A stretch of DNA of 64,000 bases from Octopus vulgaris (taxonomy: Eukaryota). The translations under genes were made by a program, and so were the position numbers. The DNA is taken from contig OX597817.1 of NCBI GenBank assembly GCA_951406725.2, positions 92,132,001-92,196,000 on the forward strand, in the 5' to 3' direction. The notes beneath the pieces were generated by a model that searched no databases, was not told where the DNA came from, and saw nothing but the letters and a program-made list of their open reading frames with translations. Below are positions 28,495 through 41,340 of this stretch, in pieces; the first letter of the stretch is position 1; every line of letters begins with the position of its first letter.

Positions 28495-30612
28495 TCATCA
28501 TCATTTAACGTCCATTCTCCATGCTAGCATGGGTTTGACGCTTCAACTGGGCATCTGGGAAGCCAGAAGGCTGCACCAGGCTCCGGTCTTTTCTGGCAAT
28601 GTTTCTACAGCTGGATGCCCTTCCTGACGCCAACCACTTCGTGAGTGTAGTGGGTGCTTTTTACGTGCCACCTGTACTGGAGCCAGGCGAGGCTGGCATC
28701 GGCCACGGTCGGATTGGTGCATTTTACGAGCCACCTGCATGGAAGCCAGTCGAGGTGGCACTGGCTTCGTCCACGATTCGGATGGTGATTTTCACGTGCC
28801 ACCGACACTGAAGCCAGTCGAGGCGGCGCCTTCATCGCCCACGATTCGGATAGTGCTTTTTACGTACCACCAGTCTAGGGGTCCTGGCATCTGCCAGGTG
28901 CCAGTCATAGGATTGGTTCAATTTCGATTTCGATTTCACTTGCTCCAACAGGTCTTCACAAGCAAAGCGGGGTAGGCATAGGTGCCTGTCGTCGGATGAT
29001 GTTCGATATCGACTTCGCTTGCCACAACAGGTCTTTGTCCTGCCTGGTCTTTTCACGCACAGCATATTTCCAAAGGTCTCAGTAAAAGGTCATTTCCTCA
29101 GTGACACCTAGAGTTCGAAGGTCGTGCTTCACCACCTCGGCCCAAGTTTTCCTGGGTCTACCTCTTCCACGGGTTCCCTCCACAGCTAGGGATTGGCTCT
29201 TTTTCACACACCTATCTTCATCCATTCTCGCCACATGACCATACCAGCGCAATCGTCTCTCTTGCACACGACAACTGATGCTCCTTAAGTCCAACATTTC
29301 TCTCAGGGTACTAACGCTCTGTCGAGCATGCACACTGACATTACACATCCATCAGAGCATACTGGATTCATTTCTCGCGAACTTATGCATGTCCTCAGCA
29401 GTCACGGCCCATGTTTCACTGCCATGTAGCATGGCTGTTCGTACACATGCATCATACAGTCTGCCTTTTACTCTGAGCGAGAGGCCTTTAATCACCAGCA
29501 GAGGTAAGAGCTCCCTAAACTTTGCCCAGGCTATTGTTATTCTAGCCGTTACAGTTTCACCACCCCTACCACCACTACTGACTTGGTCACCAAGATAACG
29601 GAAGCAATCAACTACTTCTAGTTTTTCCCCCTGGAAAGTGACGGAAGTTGTTTTCTGCAGATTTTCAGAAGTTAATGCTCCCGAGCATCTGCCACATACA
29701 AAAACTATCTTCCCAGTTAGCCTTCCTTTGACATTGCTGCACCTCTTATGTGTCCATAGCTTACACTGGGTACATCTTATAGAGTTTCTACCTACACCTT
29801 TTCTACAGATCGAGCAGGGCCATCTTCCTGAAGACATTTGTGGATTGTCTACCTTCCTACTTATTAGTACTTTGGTTTTAGCTAGGGTGACTCTAAGGCC
29901 CCTCGATTCTAGACCCTCCTTCCACACCTGGAATTTCTCCTCCAGTTCTGATAGTGACTCTGCAATTAGAGCAAGGTCGTCAACATATAGGAGCTCCCAG
30001 GGGCAACCTGTCTTGAATTCCTCCGTAATTGCCTGGAGGACTATGATAAATAGGAAGGGGCTGAGTACTGAACCCTGGTGGACCCTAACCTCTACTTTGA
30101 ATTCTTCTGTGTACATGTTGCCAACCCTAACCTTACTTACTGCATCCCTGTACATGGCTTGCACAGCTCTCAGCAGCCATTCATCTATCCCTAGTTTCCT
30201 CATTGACCACCAGATAAGGGATCGGAGACCCTGTCAAAGGCTTTCTCCATGTCAACGAAAGCCAGGTACAGGGGTTTATCTTTAGCTAGGTATTTCTCCT
30301 GCAGCTGTCTCACCAGAAATTTGGCATCAGTGGTGCTTTTCCCTGGCATGAAACCAAACTGCATCTTGTCCAAGTTGACTCTCTCCCTAAATCAGTTGGG
30401 CTATGACCCTCTCTGTAACCTTCATTACTTGATCCAACAGCTTGATACCTCTGTAATTATTTGTATCTAGGGCGTTTCCTTTACCTTTGTAGCAGTTGAC
30501 TAGTATGCTGCTACACCAGTCATTGGGTATGACTCCTTCGTGTATCACCTGGTTAACTATACGGGTGACTATAGCCGACACTGCCAGATATTTTGAGCAT
30601 CTCTGCAGTAAT
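28495..30612 (-). mobile_element. 5'-truncated RTE LINE (variant 3' UTR subfamily)
   Basis: RT/PHD ORF fragments 29352-30203 and 29079-29348, with a CAT tail at 28495. Confidence 0.92.
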
Positions 30613-30696
30613 TATATATATATATGTATGTATATGTATATATATATATATATGTATGTATATATATATAGGTATAGATATAGGTATATATATGTA

Positions 30697-30888
30697 TGTC
30701 CCGGATGAACCAACTTCACGGCAGGAGGTGCAGATGAGGGTAGCTGCATCGAACTCTCTCATGCATCAGATGGCGTTTGCTAAAAAGCATCCGTGAGGTA
30801 AAATCGTGTAGCAAACCAAATGGCGGTGCCCCAGCATGGCCACAGCTCATTAGCTGAAACTGGAAAAATCAAAATCAAAATCAAAATC
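30697..30888 (+). mobile_element. CR1/L2-group LINE 3' terminal fragment with (AAAATC)n tail
   Basis: Translates VPDEPTSRQEVQMR and carries GGCGGTGCCCCAGCATGGCC. Confidence 0.88.
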
Positions 30889-30991
30889 ATATATGTATAT
30901 ATATGTATGTGAATATATATATATATGTATATATATATGTATGTGAATATATATATATATGTATATATATATGTATATATATATGTATGTG

Positions 30992-31027
<36 letters not shown>

Positions 31028-31223
31028 TGTATGTATATATATATGTATGTATATATATATGTATGTATGTATATATATATGTATGTATATATATATGTAT
31101 GTATGTATATATATATGTATGTATGTATATATGTATGTATATATATATATGTATGTATATATATATATATGTATGTATGTATATATATGTATGTATGTAT
31201 GTATGTATATATATGTATGTATG

Positions 31224-31258
<35 letters not shown>

Positions 31259-31269
31259 ATATATATATA

Positions 31270-32910
31270 CTAGCAGTATCGCCCGGCGTTGCTTGGGTTT
31301 GTTTCGACCCGCTGGAATTGTAATTTTGAAAAGTAAAAATTTTGTGAACATTTTTCTGATCGAAATACACCGAAAAGTGGCGACACAGCAGTGAAAAAAT
31401 CGTAAAAAATAGGGATTTTCATAGAAAAAAGCATCTTTTTGATGTAAATAATTTTTGGTGTTAACATGGTCCGATTTGAATTTTATGTTCTACAGAAGGA
31501 AGAGCAACCCTTCTTCTACCATACTCTCAATTTTGGTCAACTTGCGCCGCAGGGTCTCGGAGGAGATAGTGTTAGTTGAAGGTTACCATTCTAGGTGCCT
31601 GAGTAACAACCTCGCGGATTTACAGATAAATGAATTAATTACTATTTTACAGAATAAAATTAAATAATTCTTGAAAATTAATTAATATTAATATTTTTTG
31701 AACAAAGTAAATAATTTTTAAAACTTAAATAATAATTTTTTTTGCACAAACGCGAACGGGGAAAAGGGGGTGGCGAATTCGATTTACATACCTAAATTTT
31801 TTCTTTTTCATGACATTGTAGCAAAATAGTAGTGAATTATATAAATACCAGCAGTACATTTTTTTTTCTGGGGTATTTTTTTCAACCTCGTCACATATTT
31901 GCCCCTTTCAATTTAAACAAAGTCTTAATTAAGCAATTACGGCAGCTTAGCAATGGTTTCAATACAGGTGTGACATCTGTATCTCAATTGTTGAAAACCC
32001 TTCGAATTTTTTCGCACATGATGATATCATAGTGAAAACTTTCAATTACGCACGCTTAGAAGTACGCTCGCAAATTAATACTACCAAAATTTTGAAGTTC
32101 GCGCTCCGCTTGTGTGTGTGTGTGTGCGTGCTTTAGGTGTACGTAGGTATGTGTTTTTGTGTGTGTGTGTCACTGAAGCCATACATACATATATACATAC
32201 ATAACCTCTCTCTCTCTTTTCTCTCTCAGTCACTCACTACAAAAAGTGAATAAAAAAAGTTCAGTTATTTCTGTCTGTCTCTTTACACACACTAACAAAA
32301 GCACTTCACTTACACACCACACTTTCTGTGTCGCACAACCCATCAAACACACACACACACACTCACGCACGCACACATGTACATCAATGCTTTCGGAGTG
32401 AAATGTTAAAATATTGAGTTTTCTTGAATTTTGTCTTAATTGGGGGTGAAATTGAAAGAAATATATTATGGCATGACCGAATGGAGTACTTTGAAAAATC
32501 TTAGGTAAACTCTAATTGAAGAAATTGTGTGAGGAGTAAATCGTTATGTATTTATTTGTTTCTGTTTGCTGTGTTTTTTATTTTTTGAGTAGTGGTTTAA
32601 ATACTTTCAGTTTAGTCTTCCTCAAATCACTGTCGCTATTTACTTTCATTTTATTCGTTGCACACTGTGTGTGTGCGTGTGCGTGTGGTGTAAACCACAT
32701 TAAGAAAAGCATTTGACATACACACCAGAATGTGAGTTTTCTGTAAATTTTGCTTAATTGGAGTTTAAATTTTAAAAACTGGACCTGGCATGACCCGATG
32801 CATTCTACTCTTAAAAATGCTAGGTAAATTGTAATTGAAGAAATCCTATATTGTAGATTTCTATAAGTTACAAAGGAAGGCAGATAAAATCTGCCTTTTA
32901 TAATAAGAGA
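31270..32910 (-). mobile_element. Non-autonomous Helitron-like element
   Basis: Minus strand begins TC(TCTTATTATAAAA) at 32910 with a subterminal hairpin AAGGCAGAT/ATCTGCCTT. It ends with the GC hairpin CCCAAGCAACGCCGGG and CTAG at 31270, between host A and T, and has no coding capacity. Confidence 0.7.
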
Positions 32911-34198
32911 TATGTATGTATGTATATATATATATGTATGTATGTATGTATATATGTATGTATGTATGTATATATATGTATGTATGTATATATATATGTA
33001 TGTATGTATATATATATATGTATGTATGTATGTATATATGTATGTATGTATATATATATGTATGTATGTATATATATATATGTATGTATGTATATATATA
33101 TGTATATATATATGTATATATATATGTATATGTATGTATGTGTATATATATATATATGTATGTATATATATATGTATGTATGTGTATATATATATATATA
33201 TGTATGTATATATATATGTATGTATATATATATATATGTATATATATATGTATATATATGTATGTGTATATATATATGTATATATATATGTATGTATATT
33301 TGTATATATATATATATGTATATTTGTATATATATGTATATATATATGTATATTTATATATATATATATGTATATATATATGTATATTTGTATATATATA
33401 TGTATATTTGTATATATATGTATGTAAATATATATATGTATATTTGTATATATATCTTATCTCTCTCGCTCTCCCTCTCTCTGCCATCGTTTCTCATTCT
33501 GTATCTCCCCCCTGCTCTCTCTATGATCAACTTTCTCACATCTCATCCCCCCTCTCTGTTCCTCTATTTCACTCATTCTCTCCTGTATCTCTATCCCACC
33601 CTCTCTCTCCCTCTCTCTGCCTCTCTTCTCTCTGCTCCTCAGGTCAAACCCCATTTTCTCTTTTTCTTCTTGTGTCCCCTTCTTTCTCTACACCACCCTC
33701 CCTGTCCCTTTACTACACTCTCTTTTACCTCTGTCCTGCCCTCTCTTTCCCTCTTCCCTTTTTCTTCCTACCTTTCCTCTCCCTGCTCCCTCTAAGGTTC
33801 ACCCCCTTGTCTCTCTTTTCCTCTCTCTGTCTCCTTCTTTCTTCACACCACCCTCTCTGTCCCTTTACTTCACTCTCTGGTACCTCTATCCCACCCTCTC
33901 TCTCCCTCTCCATTTTTTTCTCTGCCTTTCTTCTCCCTTCTCCTCCTAAGGTTCATCCCCTTCTCTCTCTTTTCCTCCCTGTCCCTTTACTTTCTCAGTA
34001 CCACACCTCTATCCCGCTCACTCTCCCCCTGCTGACCTGCCATTCTTTCTCTCTTCTCTCAGGTCAATCCCCTTGTCTCCCTCTCTATCTCCCCCCCCCC
34101 CTGCTTTTTTGTTCTCTCCTCTCCCTCTCAGGTCAACCATCTTATCTTTCCTTCTCTCTCTGTTCCTCTATTTCACTCGCACTGTATCTCAGGTGAAA

Positions 34199-34934
34199 AT
34201 GTCAAGGAACTGGTCTGCGAGAGAGTTGCAATTGTTCGTCCGCGCCTGGAAGATTGCCGAGGGCGATTTGCCAAACAATATCATTGCAGCAGCGCTTAAG
34301 AGCAATGATTTCTCGAGGACCACCGCCCAGATAGAGCGAAAGAAACGGAAATTCCTCCGTTCATACGCTCTAATCAGGCAACACATGGACACTCTGGACA
34401 TCATCCTAGGACATCACCAGTTAGGACCAAAAGGATGGAGAAAACATCCAGGACCCAATAAAAGACACAACCGAGAAACCAGCAACCAAGGGAAACAATG
34501 GCACATGTCCAGCTCCCAACACAACTGAATACCAAAGAAGTGCGATGGCCGCAAAAAAAGGAAAGCACCCTAAAATCGACGGAAAACAAGAGGTAAAAGA
34601 CAAGAAAACTAAAACAAAAAATGTTCAGAAAAAGCAGAAGAACCCCAGCAAGAACTATAAGGGCAAAAGCAGAAACATCTGCAAATTCTACCTGAAGGGA
34701 GGCTGCTGGCATGGCGTCGAAGGTGCAAACTGCTGTTTCGCACATCAGAAGCCCTGCCAAAACTGCATGGACACAAGACAAAAATCCCTCCCTCGGGGTG
34801 AACAAAAAGATAATGCAAAATATAAAAGAAGGGAAAATGGTGCACTGACCACTCCTGAAAGACGATATGCGGATGTAGTGCGCGGTAGCCCAACAAATGG
34901 CCAGCTTCACCCAAATGTGAAAGGCAGCAGCTGA
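34199..34934 (+). pseudogene. LINE ORF1 remnant with a Myb/SANT-like (trihelix) motif and a CCCH zinc finger
   Basis: Translates RNWSARELQLFVRAW..IAAAL..SRTTAQIERK..L..Y and ICKFYLKGGCWHGVEGANCCFAH, split by a frameshift/stop. Confidence 0.6.
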
Positions 34935-35059
34935 ACAGCAATCTTTTTTGTGCATGGCACAAAAAATTGTTCAGCAGCTGACCTGGCTACAAACACAAAG
35001 CTGGAACTACCACCAACAGATGCAAGATGGCCACCACAGACACCAACACACACCACAAA

Positions 35060-38003
35060 AATATTTCTACTGAATTTAGGAGGGCTGCTGCGCGGCAACT
35101 GTAAAAGGTAAATCTCATTCCTGAGAGACCTTGTGGCATGCAATCAAGCTATATGTTTGGCACTCATAGAAACGCATCTTGGACCCGATATAGGAGATGC
35201 AGAAATAAACATACCGCAATATGCTGGCATACGCTCAGATAGAAAAGTGAGGAGCCATGGTGGAGTTGCAATGTACATCCGAGATGACCTCACACCCCAG
35301 GTTCTGATGTCATATTCAAACTCAGTGTGTGACACTTAAATTGTACACATAAGACAACTGAATATTGTCATATGCACTACATATCGCCCACCAGATGCCC
35401 CAAAACACTGAGACATCTTTGAAGATTGCCTAACAAAAATAGGAGAAGTCCTCACCAACTTTGAATAACACAACAGTGTATTCTTCATGGGTGACTTTAA
35501 CCTCCCCAATGTGGAATGGCCTGGGGGGCAGATGTTCCCAGGGATGACACACCATCAGCAGGCACAGGTGGAGTCTCTGCTTCATCTCACAAATGCCTCT
35601 TTCATGGAGCAAATAGTTCTGCAACCAACAAGGGCAGATAATATACTGGATCTCTGCTTCACAAATAATATGGATATTATCCATAATGTTAATGTGATGC
35701 CGACAATGATCTCGGATCACAACATAATTGAGCTGTCTATGTATGGAACAAAAGCTCCCGTAGACACACAGCCTATGCGAAGCATCCACCATCTCTCCAA
35801 CTTAAACTTTCATAAAGCCAACTGGAAGTTGATTGAGAAAGAGATCCTCAAACAGGATTGGCCTGAATGTCTCTCCACACGGGACATAAACATGAAACAC
35901 AAACACTTCATGTCCATAATACAAGCCATATGTGACAAATATGTCCCAGTGTGCAGGGCCAGCACACACAAGAACAAAAACAGGATCCCTAGAGAAAGGA
36001 GGATTCTTATGAGACGACGGACAAGGATTGCGAACCGCCTGAGCAAGCACATCAAAAGTGGTGAGAAGTCTCGGTTCGAAAGAATGCTAATGGAAACTGA
36101 GAAAAGTCTACATCAGTCCCATGAAAAGGAGAGAGCAGATAAAGAAGCTTGGGTAATAGAAAATATAAAATCAAACCCTAAAGCTTTATTTAAGTTTGCC
36201 AAAGAGACAGCCACAGTGCACCAGAGAATAAGACCTCTCTTCCAAAAAGATGGCTCTCTCGCAGGAAATCCCACGAGGATAAGTGAAATGCTGAACGAAC
36301 AGTTCCAAAGTATGTTCACTACACCTCTAGGACACAGGCAAGTAAACAACCCAGAAGAATTCTTTGCCACTTTACCTGCGGCCAAAGAGGCAAAAATTGA
36401 GTACATCAACATCGAAGATGATGATATCACACTAGCCATAGATGAGATTGACACAAACTCAGCTGCTGGACCTGATGGATTCCCAGCGATCCTTCTCAAA
36501 TCGTGCAAACAAGCCCTTGCAAAACCGCTACAGCTTTTTTTTCAGAGTCAAATTGAAAGAGGGGGTAATATGCCCTATCCATAAGGGAGGTAGCAGAGCA
36601 GATGCTAAAAATTATAGGCCTATCTCTCTGACCTCACACATCAGCAAAATCATGGAACAAATAGTCCGTAAGAAACTAATCATGTTCCTTGAAGAAAATG
36701 ACTTGCCGTCTGACACCCAGCATGGATTTCGACCAGGTAGAGGCTGCCTAACACAGCTCCTGCAACACTATGACTGGGTGTTGAAATAGCTACTAAATGG
36801 CTCAAATGTGGATGTAATATATCTCGACTTTGCAAAAGCCTTTGATAAAGTCGACCATGGTATGATCTGTCATAAACTGCGTGGTCTCGGCATAGGCAGA
36901 AAACTTGGATAGTGGCTGCACAACTTCCTAAAAGACAGAAAACAGGCAGTTGTGAGCAATGGAGCCACCTCCAAGGAAACGCAAATAACAAGCGGTGTCC
37001 CACAGGGCACTGTCTTGGGGCCACTGATGTTCATAGTGGCCTTTCAGACATGCCTTCAGTTGCTATGATGACCACCCTTGCTAGCTATGCAGATGACACA
37101 AAAGTCTCCCACGCAATACAAAACCCTGAAAATATTGCGCATCTGCAACATGAGCTGGACACAATATACAGGTGGGCTGAGGACAACATCATGCAGTTTA
37201 ATGCAGGTAAGTTCCAGGCCCTGCGCTACTGGCACACAAAGGTAAACGACGTGAAGACTGGATACACTGGCCCAGGAAGAATTGCAATCCCTGAGTCAAA
37301 ATCAGTGCGTGACCTGGGCATTGACATGAGCAATGATGCATCTTTCCAAGTGCATATTGCTAATCTGGTGATAAAATGCAGACGGCTAGCTGGATGGATT
37401 GTCCGAACTTTCAGAACAAGAGAGAAGGAGACACTGATGGTCCTATGGAAAACATTTGTCCTCAGCCGCTTGGACTACTGCTCCCAACTGTGGTCACTAC
37501 ACAATATAAAACTAACAGCAGAACTCGAAGCAATTCAGAGAAGCTACACAAAGAAAATTGTCTCAATGCAAAATATCAGCTACTGGGAAAGACTGAAGGT
37601 ATTAAACCTCTTCTCCCTAGAGCGGAGGCAATAGAGATATGCGGTGATATACATCTGGAAAATCCTGGAGGGTCTTGTCCCAAACTTTGGCATTCAAAGT
37701 TACCCCAACCGCAGAACGGGGCGCCACTGCATGGTGCCAAGGATTCCAACATCACCATCAAAATACAGGCCCAGATACTGCAACAGCTTGGGTTTCAGAG
37801 GACCACAGCTCTTTAACATCCTCCCTAAATGCCTGAGAGACTTACATGGTGTGGATGTGGGTTTCTTTAAAACTAAACTGGATCTCTTCTTGTTGGGAGT
37901 CCCAGATGAACCTACCTCACGACAGGAAACGCGGATGCGGGCAGCAGCATCGAACTCCCTTGTTGATCAAGTGCCACGTATCAGAGGTAGATTCACAAAT
38001 TAG
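35060..38003 (+). pseudogene. LINE ORF2 (APE + RT) with multiple stops and frameshifts
   Basis: Motifs ALIETHL, RSDR..HGGVAMYI, YRPP, GDFNLP, ILDLCFTN, SDHN, NYRPISLTS, QHGFRPGR and YADDTK. Confidence 0.9.
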
Positions 38004-38079
38004 TGTAGCTCATTCATCGGTGGTGCCCCAGCATGGCTGCGGCCTTCGGGCTAAGACATTTTTAAGGATTTAAGGATTC

Positions 38080-38157
<78 letters not shown>

Positions 38158-38159
38158 TT

Positions 38160-38620
38160 CATCATCATTTAACTTTCTTTTCCCAATCTAGGATTGGTTG
38201 GATGGTTTGACTGAGGTCTGTAGAGCCAGCAACTGTACCAAGCTCCAATCTCATCATGTTTCCACAGCTGGATGCTCTTCGTAACGCCAATGTCTCTGAA
38301 AGTGTAGTGGGTGCTTTTTACATGTCCCCTTCACAGGAGCCAGTCAGTCGGGACTGGAATCGATCATGTTTAGATAGTGCTCCTTATATGTCACCAGCAT
38401 GGGTCCAGTAAGTGTGTGTGTGGGGAGCGGGGGGGGGCAGTGACACTGGACACGTACCGATGGTGCTTTTTATATCCCTCCAGCATGGGAGCCAGTCAAG
38501 GGGTACTGGCCACAGCTACAATATTGGTTTTACTTGACTCAGCAAGTCTTCTTCAAGCATATATCGCTGAATGCATCAGGAGTACTCTTAAATGGGCGAG
38601 ACATGCGTGGCTGCGGTCTC
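38160..38620 (-). mobile_element. Old RTE 3'-UTR-derived fragment
   Basis: Degenerate CAGCTGGATGC..AACGCCAA..GTGTAGTGGGTG module and a CAT tail. Confidence 0.65.
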
Positions 38621-38631
38621 ATGTATATATA

Positions 38632-39825
38632 CAGGGATTGGACAAAATATTGGAAACACCTAGGATCATAGCATCATAATTTTGAAATATCAATAAAACT
38701 GTGGAAAGCTTATTTATTTTTATGTTTTTTGTTTCATTATTAGTGTTGCTTAACATGTTTTGCTAAAATTGCTGTTTCTTTTCAGATATCATCAGGAAAA
38801 AGGTAATTCAAATTCACTAAAATGACAGATCTATGCGAATTTTAAAGAGCTCAAATTGTTGGTGGTGGTATGGCAGGTGGTAGCATAATGAAAACAGCTG
38901 AAATGTTTGGTGTATCAAGAAGTACTGTCTCAGAAATAATGACAGCCTTTGAGAAAGAGGAAAAAACCTCATTGAAACAAGAATCCAGAAGAAAGCCAAA
39001 ACTTTCAGATAGGGACCATCAAACTCTTACACGAATAGTTAGAAGGGATCACAAAATTACTGCAGAGCTTAATGACCACCTCAAGAACCCAGTTTCCACA
39101 GACATTGTTCACCGGGAGCTGCACAAAACCGGATTTCACGAGAGGGCTGCAATCAGAAAACCACTACTTTCAAAAAGAAACGTTGCAAAGCATTTTGATT
39201 GGAATGAAATCCTACAGTATTGGTCCTTAGAGCAGAATCTTATTATCTCGGATGAGTCACTCTTTACCATATTTCCAATCACCGGCCGAGTTTACATGTG
39301 GGGACAGCCAAAAGAAGTGTTTGACCCAGACTGCCTTCTTCCAACTGTTAAACATGGAGGAGGATCTGTGTTGATCTGAAGGGGCTATATTTTGGATATC
39401 CGCCGGCCTGATGGTTTCCCTTCAATGCTATTTTCCCTTCAAGACTATTTAAGCATTTTATCTGATCAAATTCATCCTATGGTTGTGGAAGTGTTTCCGG
39501 AGGGAAACACAATCTTTCAGGATGATAATGCACAAATTTGCACAGCTAAAGTTGTTAGTGAATGGCATGAGGAACATTCTAATAAAGTTGAACATCCTAT
39601 CTGGCCACCACAGTCCCTAGATCTCAATATTATTGAACATTTACGGTGCATTTTAGAAAAACAAGTAAGGATTCGATATCCTCCACCGTCATCACTACAA
39701 AAACTGGAGACTGTTTTAGCAGAAAAATGAACAAAATTCCTTTCGAAACAATTGAAACTTTGTACGAGTTTGTACCTTGTAGAATGCAAGCTTTAATTAC
39801 TGCCTAAGGCAGTCATACCCCTATA
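38632..39825 (+). mobile_element. Tc1-type DNA transposon with decayed transposase; right end not seen
   Basis: TA|CAGGGATTGGACAAAAT left terminus. Transposase motifs RKPLLS, ISDES, PTVKHGGGSV, FQDDNA and WPPQSLDLNIIEH. Confidence 0.88.
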
Positions 39826-39829
39826 CAAT

Positions 39830-40435
39830 CTTTTTACTCATTCGTTTTTCTCTCTTTCTCTCTCTTATTCGTTTACCTCCTCTTCTCCCTCTATTTTATC
39901 CTGTTACTCTGTCATTCTCTCCCTCACTCCCATCTCCTGTGCTCACATGGCTCCCACGAGACCATTGGCCATCTTCCTTTCTTTCCGTTGTATCTGGAAC
40001 AAGGAAGCCGTGTTCTTGTCTGTCTCCCATCCAAGATTGATTTATTCACTCACCACCACAACCTCATTTAGGTTTAGCAGCCCTTCCTGTTTGTTTTCAC
40101 TGTCCTGCTCGTGTTATCAATTTTGACCCTCCACAAAATACAATATTTTATTTAATTTACTTATTTGGAGCAACTGTTTTAAAGAAAGCACATATTGCTG
40201 TTAAATGCTCAAAATACGAGAGTACAAAACCTTGCAACAACTGATGAAGGGTAATTCTTTATGTTGTTTGTCTTGTTTTCCATTTGTGTCTTTCGTTGTT
40301 CAAAAAAATAGTTTGTATTCCATGTGCTCATACTTCATATCCTTTTCTTCTACATATTTCGTGACGTCCTATGCCCACATATGCGTATATATATATCTAT
40401 GTATAGATGTCAGTATGTACATATAAAGATGTATG
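39830..40435 (+). mobile_element. Older relative of the 18744-19228 element with a degenerate permuted hammerhead
   Basis: Shares the CTGATGAAGGG and GTGA(C/T)GTCCT...TAGATGT..GTA(C/T)GTACATATA 3' segments. The left boundary is uncertain. Confidence 0.5.
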
Positions 40436-40472
40436 TGTATATATATATATATACACAAACACATATATACAC

Positions 40473-40512
<40 letters not shown>

Positions 40513-40617
40513 TTGTAGTATTATATGATTGAATGCCACGCATCATCTTCCAAGTAAATTTTATTTATATATATATATAAACTTATTTGTGTGTGTGTAT
40601 ATATAAACACTTAGTTG

Positions 40618-40695
<78 letters not shown>

Positions 40696-40817
40696 CTTAT
40701 TTGTGTGTGTGTGTATATAAATATGTATATACTTTTTATATATGTATATACTTTGTATATATATATATACTTATTTGTGTGTGTGTATATACATATGTAT
40801 ATACTTATTTGTGTTTA

Positions 40818-41266
40818 TCTGTTATATAAAATCCGTTCTGTCTGTGTGTGTCTTCTAGGATCTCAGGTATCTTCCATCCGATTGTGCTCAAATTTGATAT
40901 GTAGATACCGACGGTATCAGGGCGTGTATAAGTCTTGAACAAAATGACAAAAATCAATTCCAGGTGAGAATGCGATTGATAAAGCCGTGGGAACATACAT
41001 CTGTACGTGCAAGTACATCAGCTGTTGCGATGTACTTACTGGTACTTTAAACTCTTCAGTTGCATATTTGTGTAAATAAAATCGTTTTTCTTTGGAATAG
41101 AAAAAAGTCTATCTTTATTTCTTCTTTTGCTAGTGTCTCAAATTTAGGTTAAATCAGTGTTTCTCAAAGGGGAGGCCTATGGGACAGTCGAACATGTTGT
41201 TTTGAGAAAATTTGGTTTAAATGTTTGACAACACAGCACCGTCCATTGGACAGTGGGCGTTTTGCT

Positions 41267-41268
<2 letters not shown>
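40818..41268 (+). mobile_element. Probable non-autonomous Helitron-like element
   Basis: Starts TC..TATATAAAA..TGTCTGTGTGTG and ends with a GC-rich hairpin and CTTG(T), a CTAG variant, before (TA)n. Confidence 0.45.

Positions 41269-41339
<71 letters not shown>

Positions 41340-41340
<1 letters not shown>

Larger units (their letters stand above)
33456..38078 (+). mobile_element. Apparently full-length, decayed CR1/L2-group LINE (CT-rich 5' region, ORF1, ORF2)
   Basis: Contains ORF1 and APE-RT ORF2 remnants, the 3' motif GGTGGTGCCCCAGCATGGC and a (TTTAAGGA)2 tail. Flanked by (TA)n. Confidence 0.85.

Noticed and set aside
32916-34196. 426-aa ORF with an S/L/P/F-rich half
   Set aside because: It is a microsatellite plus CT-tract translation.
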